Shown piece after piece: positions 1 through 11,789 of a stretch of DNA of 64,000 bases (its first letter is position 1; every line of letters starts with the position of its first letter). The position numbers and the translations under genes are program-made. The notes under the pieces are model-generated. The model had not been told where the DNA came from. It made no database searches and saw only the letters and a list, made by a program, of their open reading frames with translations. This stretch comes from Azolla caroliniana (taxonomy: Eukaryota; Plantae; Polypodiophyta), in NCBI GenBank assembly GCA_043228905.1, contig JBHGNT010000004.1, forward strand, positions 12,648,001 through 12,712,000, read 5' to 3'.

Positions 1-712
1 TTCAAATTCCAAGGCACATGTGGCAACGTGAAGATCACCATCGGCTCTATAATCTTTGGGTTGGCACATCCGATTTCTTGGGGAGAGAACGCGAAGGCTT
101 TCCCATGCCTTTCAAGCATTTCACGAAACTTTCACTCCTCTTCAGGGAGGAGGAAATCCTCCTTTCCAACTCGTAGCTTTCTTTTCGTCTCTTCGGTGAA
201 GACATGGCCTATTGTCTTTGGATCCCTTAAGCTTGGATCATTAGCGACTTCCTTCATCTTTTGCCAGCTATCTTCTGGTAGCGGAACCGCAACTGGCTTG
301 ATCTTCTTATCCATCGTTTTATATTTTGTGTTGACTTCGGCTTCCTCCATCAAGATGCCACGATAGTATTCATCGATGATAGCGTACATGTTGACGGAGT
401 TAACTGAAATCACACGTTGGTCGTGAAGATAGCTCAAGTCCACGACGTCCTCAATTTCGCCGATGGTGTCGTTAAATGAGGCTTCTTCCATAATATGAGT
501 CACGAACTCTTCTTCTTCTATTATGTTTTCTTCGTTCAGCATCTTCTCGAATTCTTGTATCCGACGCTTGTCCTTCTTGTCGGGTAGTACTAGTTTACAT
601 GTGCCACTAGGTGTGACACATGTTGCTTCTCCTCGCAATCCACACGCTCTTCTTTCTTGTGGGGACTTGTGATCGCTCGGACTATTTGTGCCCCATGCTT
701 CAATAGTCCGCT
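1..712 (-). pseudogene. pol: G1 pol N-terminus (pre-RT region)
   Basis: Frame FLERTIEAWG.NSP...KYKTMDKKIKPVAVPLP...HGKAFAF aligns with the start of ORF 38985-42467. Confidence 0.88.
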
Positions 713-2130
713 CTAAAAATCCGAGGATTCGCCTCCAAGACTATCTCGATTTCTTTCATGATTAGCTCGCACCGTTAGGAATTGAACAAATATTTGGTTG
801 TCAAGACTCTTTATTTGAGCAAATGCTGCGCCATTGTCGAACACTTTGGTTTCCATCCGAGATGATGTGATATACGGTTGTCCTAGGATGACAAGATGTG
901 ACACCGATTCTTGCATGAAGAAGTGTTGATCCATCTCCACATCCCCGATCGCGACTTTAACATTGGGACAAGCTCCGTACAAGTCCTCCGTAGTCTTTGT
1001 TGTCGCACGAATCTTCCATCTGTGATTTGTATTGATTGGCCATCTTCCTTTTTGTAGAAGTCGGTTGACATGAGGTTGATCTTCGAGCCGTGGTCGATCA
1101 AGGCTACCACGGTCTCTTTCTTCTCCCCGATCTTCACCGGCATCTCCATTGTCGCTTGTGCCCAATGAAGTCGAGTATAGTGGTTGTCCACCATTTCTTC
1201 ATCGACTTCGTCTCTTGCCATCATTATGGCATTTGCTTTCGCTTTTAGTGGCTTCTCTTCTTCTTCGTCTGATTGTTGCCTTTTTCGCTTTACAAGGTCC
1301 ACGATCGTGTCGTGGAACTCCTTCTTCGTAATGACGAGTAATTCCCTCAAGGACAAAGTGACGTGGCTGTCAAGAACGTGTTCCTCGAGAATCTTCTTCA
1401 GGTCTGTCGTCTGCTCTATGTCCGACCTTAGCTTATAGGTAGGCATAGTCCTTGTCTTCGAGCGGGGTCTTCGACACCAATCTTCACGGGCCGAACCGTT
1501 TCTTCGACTCGTTTGCTCGACTCCGCTTTTCGGCTAGCGTCTCCTTCCTCCATTTGTAAAGATTGACTCGTTTTTGCATCTTCTTTCTTTTTCACATTCC
1601 TTGTTTCATGTCTTTTTGATGGGCCTTGCTCTTCTATTCCTTTTCTCTTTTCTTCGAAGAACACCTCGTGGTTGTCGCACATCACTTCCACGAGTATGGT
1701 GTTGTCATCCATTGGATCCGACCACCCGGTTATGCTTTGCACGCTTCGGTTCGCAAGCTCTACCTCATTCGATGTGACCTTCCCCATCTTCTCATACTCG
1801 AGAACGGAAGACCAAAACTTTGCTCCCACTTTCGCAGCTTCATTTTTGTCTTTCATGACTCTTATTCCAGTCGTTGCAGCATAGTGCATCGCATCCACAT
1901 GAGTCGCCTCAGCATCTTCCATAGATTTCTTCATTCCCCCTCTTCCAAAATTCACCCACAGGGGTCTTCGAGTTTCAGTCGAGCAGATCATGTTGTCATC
2001 CATGTATACGATATTTTGTCGGATCGCCTCTTGAAGGCTCGCACAATCCCTTCTCATGTGGTCCTTGCTATCGCACCACACGCATCTAAAGGGTTCTTTT
2101 CCTTTGGGGCCTCGACGATTCATGTTGGCT
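713..2130 (-). pseudogene. gag: G1 gag C-terminal part plus aspartic protease (frameshifted)
   Basis: ORFs 1428-2189, 883-1446 and 713-1165 are homologous to ORF 36842-39016 (YKLRSDIE..LDSHV, IDHGS, GACPNVKV, ILGQPY). Confidence 0.88.
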
Positions 2131-2135
2131 AGCGT

Positions 2136-2437
2136 TGTCGAATATGAGTGTATAATGGCCATATTCACACTGTCCTTTTGACAGCCCAAGTTTGGGCTAT
2201 TTCTGTAAATAGCATAAAGGGCAGCTGCCCTAAGATAGTCACTATATAAAGTGACTTTGTAACCTTTAGTTAAGGTTGGTTGTTATGGTGTAACAGTTGA
2301 TATTGAGAAATATAACACTTCTTTTGTGCCTATCTCTCTCTCTCTCTCTCTCTGTTTATTGCTCATTTGCATACGCAGGTTCTTCACCATAAAAAATGTT
2401 GTTTGCTCTTCCGCACTGACGACCTTGTTGCCCAACA
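2136..2437 (+). repeat. Copia-A 5' LTR
   Basis: Direct repeat of 7625-7948; internal (CT)n tract. Confidence 0.95.
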
Positions 2438-3137
2438 TTTGGTATTAGAGCGTTGGAGGTTCTTCAACCCATTGCCGGCCGTCATTGTACACCACAACAT
2501 TATGTTTTTTGTAACTTCTTGAAGAACAGAGAAGAGAGAAGGCAAACAAGAAGTTTGCATCTCACTGTGTTAAATCACTAATTGGAGTAAGCTAGCCGGT
2601 TGTACTCTGTTCCTGTGATTGTAACCACTTGAGGCGAGCTCCCTCTGCAACACCCGACCCAATCGTGCTTCATTTGGTTAAACGACATCCAAATAGGTCA
2701 CCGAACGCTATTCACCCGCTTGTTGTAACCACCCACTGCCGATTGGTCTCTTGGCAACAACCAAATTTGTGCTTCATTCGGCTGATCGACATCCGGGAGG
2801 ATAAGTTGGATCCATCCCTCTCATCGTTGCAGTCATCCGAAGCAGAATTGGCCCAAACAATCAGTTTCTTGTAATCGGTATTCGGCATACAATCAGAAGC
2901 TAACCAGGCTCACTTCCACTCGGCAACATTCGGGAAGACCAGCCGGTTCTGTCCCTCAAGTTACCGGAGTCACTCTGAGCAAGTTTAGCAACAAGTATCC
3001 GAAACCAAACCGACTCGGGTTCAAAACCGACTAGAACGATATCGGGTGAGTTGATCGGTTGCACCCCATTAAGGTTCGTAGTCAACTCTGAACCGAGTCT
3101 AACCAATCGGTTGGCATCAACATCTGGCTCATCAGAG

Positions 3138-6100
3138 ATGAGCCTAAGGAGGTTCGACGGTTCGAACTTCAACTTCTGGAAGGAACAAATGCAAGACTAT
3201 CTCATAGTCAAGGGTCAGATAGACCCGATTGAGAATGAAAATCCTCCAGAAGCATACAAGGCAAACGAGTGGCTAAAGCTGGACAGAATTGTCCGCACCA
3301 CGATTCGGATGCACTTATCGGAGTCAGTGTACTTCACAGTGCAATCACGCACAACAACTTTTGAACTTTGGAAGACACTGTCGGAAACGTATGAAAAGAA
3401 GGTCGCAGCAACGAAGATGTATCTGATCCAGCGCCTCTACAACTTGCGGATGAAAGAGTCTGATTCGGTTTAGGCACATCTCAACGAGTATGAAAGCCTA
3501 AGCTCCCAAATATCATCTCAAGGGACGACAATAGAGGATGAACTCAAAGCAATGATACTCATGAGCAGTCTCCCCTCTTCTAGGGAAACTTTCATCACAA
3601 CCGTGTGCAATGCTTCAACAACTGCCATTCAGTACTCCGAAATCAGGAGCGCAATCCTAACTGAAGCAGCTCGGAGAAAGTCTTTCGCCAAAGACTCGGC
3701 ATATGAAGCTTACGTAGTACAAGGTTCGACCGACCGATCGAACAACCAGGGAAGAAGTTCTTCCTGACCGCCGAACAATCAGCGAAGTCGGAGCAAGTCC
3801 CGGGACAACCGAATCTGCAATTACTGCAAGAAACCGGGACACATCAAAGCCGATTGCCGGGCACTCAAAGCAAAAAATGACAAAGCTCAGAGAGCGGATC
3901 AGAAGAGTAGCTGGCATGAGGAGGTCAACTACGTCGGCTCTTCAGCCGAAATTTTGACGACCGACCCGAACATATTGTCCATAGAGAACCCAGTCGAATT
4001 AGAAGTTCTGCTTACGAATGAGGAATCGAGCACATGGCTCATGGACTCGGGCACATCGTATCATGTGACACCTCACCGATCTCAGTTTCGGCAATACTCG
4101 GACCGGCACTCCGATTCAGTTAGAGTCGGAAACTCGCAACACTGTGCTATAATCGGGACCGGCACCGTAGAGCACAACCTTTCGGGCGGCTCTACACTCG
4201 TACTACACAACGTCCGACACGTTCTTGAGCTCTCAAGACCCTTGATCTCAGTTGGATAGCTTGACGAAACTGGCATCCGTGCCGGATTCTCATCAGAAGG
4301 GTGGACACTCCATAAAGGGAACCTCCTGCTTGCTCGAGGACCAAAGGTACATTCCTTGTATCCTTGACACCTCACCGATCTCAGTTTCGGCAATACTCGG
4401 ACCGACACTCCGATTCAGTTAGAGTCGGAAACTCGCAACACTGTGCTATAATCGGGACCGGCACCGTAGAGCACAACCTTCCGGGCGGCTCTACACTCGT
4501 ACTACACAACGTCCGACACGTTCTTGAGCTCTCAAGACCCTTGATCTCAGTTGGATAGCTTGACGAAACTGGCATCCGTGCCGGATTCTCATCAGAAGGG
4601 TGGACACTCCATAAAGGGAACCTCCTGCTTGCTCGAGGACCAAAGGTACATTCCTTGTATCCTTTATATGTCACACTCAAAGAGGGTGACTTATTTTTGG
4701 TTGATATCCCCGTGTCATCGTTATGGCACAGACGACTTGGACACCTGGCCGGCATAACACACCTATCCAGAGCCGGTTACATCCCCAAACTCTCCTTCTC
4801 GGATCACCAATTCTGCGAGCATTGCCAGTACGGTAAACAGGTAGCCACATCACACCCGACATCAGCACCAAGAGAATCGAGTACCCTCGATTTGGTCCAT
4901 TCGGACGTATGTGGCCCGATGCCACATCAGTCTCTCGGCGGTGCTTCGTACTTCGTCAATTTTATTGACGACTCGACTTAGAAGGTGTGGGCTTACCCCA
5001 TCAGAACCAAAGATCGGGTGTTCTCGATCTTCTCCGAATGGCTTGCAATGGTCGAAAATCAGACCGGTTGGAAACTGAAATGTCTCCGAATCGACAACGG
5101 AGGGGAATTCAAGTCTGAAGAATTCGTCAAATTTTGCCGGGAACGCGACATTCGACGTGAATATACGACACCCTATAGTCTGGAGCAGAACGGAATTGCT
5201 GAATGCATGAATCAGACGATTCAAGAACGCATAGTATCCATGCTCCAACACTCTGGACTGTCGGATGGCTTTTGGGCGGAGGCTCTACTTACAGCAGTAC
5301 ACATAATAAATATGTCGCCAAGTAGAGCTCTAGGACTTAAAATACCTCAGGAAACATGGACCGGTAGTAAGCCGAATTATGACAAGCTGAGGATCTTCGA
5401 CTGCGAGGCATATGCCCTCATACCGTAAGACGACCACCGGAAACTCGAACCACGATCGAGTATATGTGTTTTCCTTGGATATGGACCCGACGGCGAGATC
5501 GAATATCGACTTTGGGACCCCGAGCACAGACAAATCGTCCGAAGTTCGGATGTCGTGTTCAACGAGTTGGCTATGCATAAAACGGCCGAAAGGCCTATTG
5601 AAGTCCGAAGGGTAATATTTTCCGAAGTGCCAACCCTTCATGAAGGCCCAACCCACAACACGAGATTGGTTTCACGGGTAACCGACACCTCCCGCACTGA
5701 ATCCACCGATTCAGCATAGCCGAGTGGCTCGGCTTCCGACCATTCGACACCTACACCCGGTGCGACCAGTCCAGTCATACCTCGCAGATCCGAGAGACTG
5801 TCGCAACCTCCGGAGAGATACTCTCGGGAAATCTTCTTCACCGACGCCGGCGAACCGATGTCTTACAAAGAAGCATCGGCATTCGCCGACTTAGCCACCT
5901 GGCATCTGGCGATGGAGTCCGAAATGCACTCCATGCGCGCAAACAAGACTTGGGACTTGGTCGAATTATCGACGAATCAACGTGCTCTTCCGTGTAAATG
6001 GGTCTATCGACTAAAAGAGACGTCCGACTTGACCACCCCAAAGTACAAGGCCAGACTAGTTGCGAAGGGATTTTGACAAGAATATGGCGTCGACTTCGAC

Positions 6101-7429
6101 GAAATCTTTTCACCAGTGGTGAAAATGACAACCCTTCGTCTCATGCTCGGCGTTGTGGCCGTTGACAACTTGGAGTTGATTCAACTAGATGTAAAAACGA
6201 CATTCCTCCACGGTGACCTACAAGAGGAAATCTATATGGAGCAGCCGAAAGGCTTTGTGGCATCCGGTCAGGAACATCTAGTTTGCCGACTCAGGAAGAG
6301 TCTATACGGCCTGAAACAGGCACCCTGACAGTGGTACAAGAAGTTCGACGACTTCATCCAGTCGGTCAGCTTCTCCAAGAGCGATGAGGACCACTGTCTC
6401 TTCACCAAAACAGCTCAAGACAGGTCTCCCGTCTTCCTCATCATTTACGTGGACGACATGCTACTCTCCGGCCGACATGCTGACGAGCTCACCGAACTCG
6501 TTCGAAGACTACGGTTGAAGTTTGCCATGAAGGACCCCGGTCTGGCAAGACACATACTTGGTATGAAGATTAGTCGGCATCGCGATAAACAACAACTTTT
6601 CTTGTCTCAAATCGACTACATCAGACTTGTCTTGGAACGCTTCAACATGCATTCGGCCAAGTCTGCTTCGACCCCGCTCCCCATTAGCCTTTGGTTGTCT
6701 CAGCGAGACTGCCCGACATCCGGTTCGGAGGAGGAAGATATGAAGTCAGTACCATATGCACTGACAATCGGCTCCCTGATGTACGCGATGGTCGCGACAT
6801 GGCCTGATATTTCTCACGCCGTAGGAGTCGTCAGCAGATTCATGCACAACCCAGGCCGATCACACTCGAACATAGTTAGGCATGTGTTCCGATATCTAGC
6901 TGGCACAAAAGACCACGTCATTCGTTTTGGCCCGAACTCAACCTCAGGCGTAGTTGGTTACATCGACTCGGACTTCGCCGGCTGCGTGGACAATAGGAAA
7001 TCAACAACAGGATATTGCTTCAAATTCGGCAATGGAGCAATCTCGTGGAACTCGAAACTCCAAGAGTGCACAACCACCTCAATGACCGAAGCAAAATATG
7101 TAGCCACGTCCGACACGGCAAAAGAAGCTTTATGGTTCGATCGACTGGCGCACATGTTTCGACAAGTCGACTCCGACTCGGCTCCAATTGTCTACAGGGA
7201 CAGTCAGGGTGTTGTTGCTTTGTCAAAGAATCCGGTTCACCACAATGCCTCAAAGCATATCGACGTTCGATATCACTTCGTTCAGGACTGTGTCATTTCA
7301 GGGAAAACCGGTCTCGAGAAAATATCCACAACCGATAATGTCGTAGACGGAATGACCAAGTTTCTTTCGGCGGATTGTTTCCAGTCCCTTCGGCACCAGA
7401 TGGGCATAATGAAAAATTGGTCCGGTTAA
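3138..7429 (+). pseudogene. pol: Copia-A gag-pol polyprotein with stops and frameshifts
   Basis: FDGSNFNFWK gag start; zinc knuckle CNYCKKPGHIKADC; WLMDSGTSYH protease; LWHRRLGH and DLVHSDVCGP integrase; QLDVKTTFLHG and YVDDML RT; SKHIDVRYHF RNase H. Confidence 0.93.
4066..4663 (+). repeat. 299-bp tandem duplication within the Copia-A protease region
   Basis: 4066-4364 is repeated at 4365-4663; about 2 mismatches seen. Confidence 0.92.
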
Positions 7430-7624
7430 AGTCGGACACACAACACAGAACAGTTTCAGACAACAAACATCGGTTCTTTGAGGATCGGCTTTAGCTATTC
7501 CGACCCGGCCGGTTCAGGCTTTAGTCTTCAGATCCTGCCGACTCGAACAAAACGGATCTGTCTGACAACCTTGTACATACCTGTAACTTTAGTATAACCC
7601 ATGTATACGCCCATTACGGGGGAG

Positions 7625-7948
7625 TGTCGAATACGAGTGTATAATGGCCGTATTCACACTGTCCTTTTGACAGCCCAAGTTTGGGTTATTTTTGTAAATA
7701 GCATAAAGGGCAGTTTCCCTAAGATAGTCACTATGTAAAGTGACTTTGTAACCTTTAGTTAAGGTTGGTTGTTATGGTGTAACAATTGATATTGAGAAAT
7801 ATAACGCTTCTTTTGTGCCTATCTCTCTCTCTCTCTCTCTCTCCCTCTCTCTCTCTCTCTCTTTGTTTATTGCTCATTCGCATACGCAGGTTCTTCACCA
7901 TCACAAATGTTGTTTGCTCTTCTGCACTGACGACCTTGTTCCCCAACA
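7625..7948 (+). repeat. Copia-A 3' LTR
   Basis: Follows the PPT, ends CCCCAACA, and is followed by TSD AGCGT. Confidence 0.95.
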
Positions 7949-7953
7949 AGCGT

Positions 7954-8700
7954 GACCATCTCGAACTTCTTCACTAGCTCTTCGATGATGTCGTCATCAA
8001 TATTCTTTTCTTCCTGGCTGTTTTGTTTGGGCGGCTCAACTACTTTCGGTTGTCTTGTTTTCTCTGTGACAGTCGATCCCGCCAAGTCGGTGTCATCAAC
8101 CCATTGACGATGCTTGTCAAGCCTATTGCATGCTCGCTTCTCCGCAACCAGGTCCGCCAGAAGCCCTTTCCCTTGGATATCATCTTCGAGGAGAGTACCT
8201 AGTTCTCGTCTATTGTTTATATCCACAGCCTTTAGGACGTACAAATTTTTGTCCTCCTCAAGTACCACTTGGTCTGTGGTGGGGAGACGACGAAACATTT
8301 GGTCGAATTCGTCGTACACCCTCAAGGCGCTCATCTTCTTATTCTTCTTTTCTATCCACTTCATCAAGGCATGTCGAGTCATCCTCGACAAATCTTCCAT
8401 CACGAACTCTGCTAATATCACTTTCTTGAACTCCGACCACATTGTCTTCCCTTCTTGAAGCTTGATGACGCGCCTTTGGATGTTGTTGGTGACCACTCTC
8501 TCGAAACTCGTGATTTGACACACTTCGGACACGTCCCTTTGATTCATCTCCCTTCTATATGCATCAAGGAACTTCGTAATGTTCCTTCCGTCAAATTGAC
8601 CCTCCAGCTCAACGACACGGTCACATCGTTGTCTCGAGATCTCATCATTTGTTCGACGATCAACATCATCCTTTCGAACTCTTCCGCTTGGTTGCTTGAG
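7954..8700 (-). pseudogene. gag: G1 gag N-terminal (capsid-like) part
   Basis: WSEFKKVILAEF..EDLSRMT..WIE..F..AVD..RRELG.LLED is homologous to the N-terminus of ORF 36842. Confidence 0.85.
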
Positions 8701-8753
8701 GATGCCATCTCCAAGTATTGGTTGATCCTCGATTTGATCCTTCCTGCCGCCTC

Positions 8754-8771
8754 TTCACGTCGGGTTCACCA
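8754..8771 (-). promoter_or_regulatory. G1 primer-binding site complementary to tRNA-Trp
   Basis: Minus strand reads TGGTGAACCCGACGTGAA, the complement of the plant tRNA-Trp 3' end (..TTCACGTCGGGTTCACCA). Confidence 0.85.
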
Positions 8772-8779
8772 CTTAATTA

Positions 8780-9724
8780 TGTCATGAAGATCCGTCCGTC
8801 ACTAGGCGCGGATTGTGAGGCGGAACTGCTGGGGTTCTAGACCGGAAGGATTCGAGGTTTACGCTAGTTTTAGCGAGAAAGTATTTAAGATAGAGTGAGA
8901 GAGATTGATATGTCGAGAGAGAGATAATGAAATAAAGATTTAACTCTTAATTCTATATTTGAGAGAGAAGATACATCAACAATAGGGTTACAAGTTTCTT
9001 ATTTGATCATCCCAAAATTTTTACATCAGTCCTTTCATCTTTTTCCTCCCCTCTTTTATAGATGCCCTCATGTATGTGAGGGTACAAGACATGCATAAAA
9101 TGCATGTTTGCCATTTGGCGCTCATGTATTACATGTGGTGCATGATAACCATGTCACTCATTTTAGCTCTCATGTATGAGAATTTACATGTAAAGTTACA
9201 ATGATAAAAATATAATTTTAAGAAAATGTGTTGGCTTAGTGGTAAGTCTATTGACTCTTAACTTAGAGGTGCAAGGTTCAAATCTTTACTTTCTTTCCTT
9301 GTGTATATGTATGTATATTTATTTATCCATCTAGCCGTTGGTCTCCGGATCCCATATGCCGGCTCATCGACTCCATCATCGGTCCGGTTTTGGTTGGCCA
9401 AAACCTTTGCAAGTAGCCAAGCCACACCCGTTCATCTAATAGCTTAGTTCAAGTTACCTTTAACTCTCTATGCTCCACACATAGACACAAAGATAATAGA
9501 TTTTGCTGTACATTATATATGGTGAGATCCTTATTTATCCTGTCTATGTGGGATATCCCACAATTTTATTTTTCTCTTTATCTTTGCAAAACTTCCTACC
9601 CACATAAGTTCACACTTAGAGGTTCGTTTCTTATGTAGTAAAGTGCACCCGAAAGCTCTTCAAGACCTCCATTTTTTTGTAGTTTTATGTGATTTTCACA
9701 CCATTGTTGAAAATCTTCACGACA
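8780..9724 (-). repeat. G1 5' LTR
   Basis: Termini TGTCGTGAAGA..TCTTCATGACA on the minus strand; homologous to solo LTR 33093-34344. Confidence 0.9.
9232..9285 (+). promoter_or_regulatory. tRNA-like Pol III A-box/B-box cassette in the G1 LTR (antisense to the element)
   Basis: A box TGGCTTAGTGG at 9232, B box GGTTCAAATC at 9275, CTCTTAA loop between them. Confidence 0.65.
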
Positions 9725-10024
9725 CCAGCTGAGGCTTATTCAGCTGATCCGGATCCAGTTGAGCTTGCCGCTCAACACTCCTCCTCAAGCTCAACTTGAG
9801 GTCGGATCGTAGTGTCAGTCTCCATGGTAGCCGGTCCTTCCACCCGGCTCCTTCTGGCATCACTCCGCCTCGCTCGTGCTCCTCGTCCGGTCTGTTCCCG
9901 TTTGCTGCGACCCCTCTAGTTTTGCACGCCTCGACCTTCTCAATCGACTTATTTGCTCAAGAATCCCAATTCAGCTCCCTCGATGTTGTGTCTCCGGCGC
10001 TTGTCGACCCGCCGGTTTCTCCGT

Positions 10025-11789
10025 TGTCGCATAGTTACGCGCGTGCGTATAGAACGAGGCGGGACCACGACGGTCTTGGACCAAGGAATAACCGATTAGG
10101 AGTAGGAGCAAGAAAGACAATGGCCATGCTTCCACACACACCCACATAGATAGACAAAAACCGCAACCGAATGGAACAACCCAAATGAGACGAATGCGTA
10201 TATGTATATATATATTATGATGAAAAAGGGGTTACAACCAGTAGGCCGAAGAGCGACAAATCTCCCACGCCTACGCACACGCATACAGAAGAGCGAGATG
10301 GAGACTCTGCTGGAAGCACTCGAGCGTTCCGCGGAGTAGAGTCAGCCTCCCGAAAACCTGCACAGAGCAAATACAAAGAAAGATAGAGGAGAAGAGCTTG
10401 ATCCCAGTCCGATAGTACTTCGTTGTTGACAAAAGAGATCCCTATTACGATTCCTCTCCCTCTCTTTTATAGCCCAAGGAGGGAGGCCGATACAACCCGT
10501 TACATCATCTTTATTCTCTGTCCTTTCGGACAGAGATACGCCTCGATTTTCTATGTAAGAAATGCGTGCTACCTAGGATATTCACATCAGCCGACTTGTA
10601 CCTAAATATATATATTACAACAAAACTTGTCCCGCGTGTAAGGGCTGGTTCGCGCACATCATTCTCCGATTCCGCCTAAGGACAATTTTCTTTGCGACAT
10701 CCGCCCCCACCTAACCGTGCATCCATCGGTATGCGCCAAAAAAGACTCTTGCTAGAGAAGACCTGTCCGCGCTTACCCTTCGTCCTCCGGATCGCCATTT
10801 GCTCCGAACCGGTCGTCCTCGCTATCCAAATCGTCTGGGTCCAGTTCATCCTCGTGTCGCTTTTTGAATGCTTTGATCCTTTTCCCGGCCACCGGTACCG
10901 CCATCCTCGTCCTGTCGAGCTCAGTGAGATGGTAGGTCCTGTTGTCGTTGGCGCCTGCCATGTCGGATGGGTCTTTGACCACGCTGGTCGAAGTTGAGCC
11001 AGTGTCAAGCCAGTCTCGGGTCTCCTCCCTTCGCGCCGGTGGGGGTACCTCAAGCTTCCTTGCCACAACAGAGCCCGCCCCCGACGAGCCTTTATCGACC
11101 CACTCACGTCGTTTGTCGAAATGGCCGCAGACTCTCTTCACCACGGCCCAGTCGGCCGTTAGCCCGTCATCGGTCTCCAGTAGGAGGCCCACTTGCTCCC
11201 GGTCCCTCACGTCAACCGATTTAACAAATAATAGGACATGACTTGTGTCCAGTATGGTCCGGTCCAACGCCGAAAGACGCGCGAAGCGTTCTTCAAACTC
11301 CGGGAGGAGCACCGATGCGTTTCTCCCCTTTTCCGGGGTCTCCACCCATTCCATGAAGTCCCGCTTCGATAGCCGACGCGCGTCATCAAGCCCGTATTTC
11401 TCAAGAAGCCGACCTTCAAACTCTTCCCAGGTCCGGCTCTTAGCCTGTACCTCGAGCACCTCCGTGTGAATACTCGACATCGCCACCCGAGGGAATCTGG
11501 CCAGTCGCCTGTCTTCCGGAATGTCCCTCATCATTACGATTCCTCTCCCTCTCTTTTAAAGCCCAAGGAGGGAGGCCGATACAACCCATTACATCATCTT
11601 TATTCTCTGTCCTTTCGGGCAGAGATACGCCTCGATTTTCTACATAACAAATGCGTGCTACCTTGGATATTCACATCAGCCGACTTGTACCTAAATATAT
11701 ATATTACAACAGAACTTGTGCCCGCGTGTAAGGGCCGGTTCACGCACATCATTCTCCGATTCCGCCTAAGGACGGTTTTCTCCGTGACA
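10025..11789 (-). mobile_element. G4: internally deleted non-autonomous Gypsy of the Phygy-like lineage
   Basis: 3' LTR 10025-10699, PPT GGTGGGGGCGGA about 10700-10711, truncated 5' LTR 11533-11789. ORF 10773-11534 fuses a gag fragment to the pol tail (YHLTELD..VAGKRIKAFKKR). 4-bp TSD CCGT/CCAT. Confidence 0.85.

Larger units (their letters stand above)
2136..7948 (+). mobile_element. Copia-A: full-length, decayed Ty1/copia (Tnt1/Tork-like) nested in G1 gag
   Basis: LTRs 2136-2437 and 7625-7948 (TG..CA). TSD AGCGT at 2131-2135 and 7949-7953. PBS TGGTATTAGAGC 2440-2451. PPT GGGGGAG 7618-7624. Domain order gag-PR-IN-RT-RH. Confidence 0.96.
1..9724 (-). mobile_element. G1: decayed Ty3/gypsy non-chromovirus (Phygy/DUF4100-like) LTR retrotransposon; 3' part runs off the window; interrupted by Copia-A
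   Basis: 5' LTR 8780-9724 and PBS 8754-8771. Gag fragments (7954-8700, 1428-2130 with CVWCDSKDHMRRDC), protease (ALIDHGS..IN) at 713-1446 and pol N-terminus (KYKTMDKKIKPVAVPLP) at 132-712 are all colinear with the intact element at 36842-42467. Confidence 0.93.

Noticed and set aside
9225-9300. Functional tRNA genes at the A/B-box cassettes
   Set aside because: Acceptor and anticodon stems do not pair and all copies sit inside LTRs, so they are reported as tRNA-like promoter cassettes instead.
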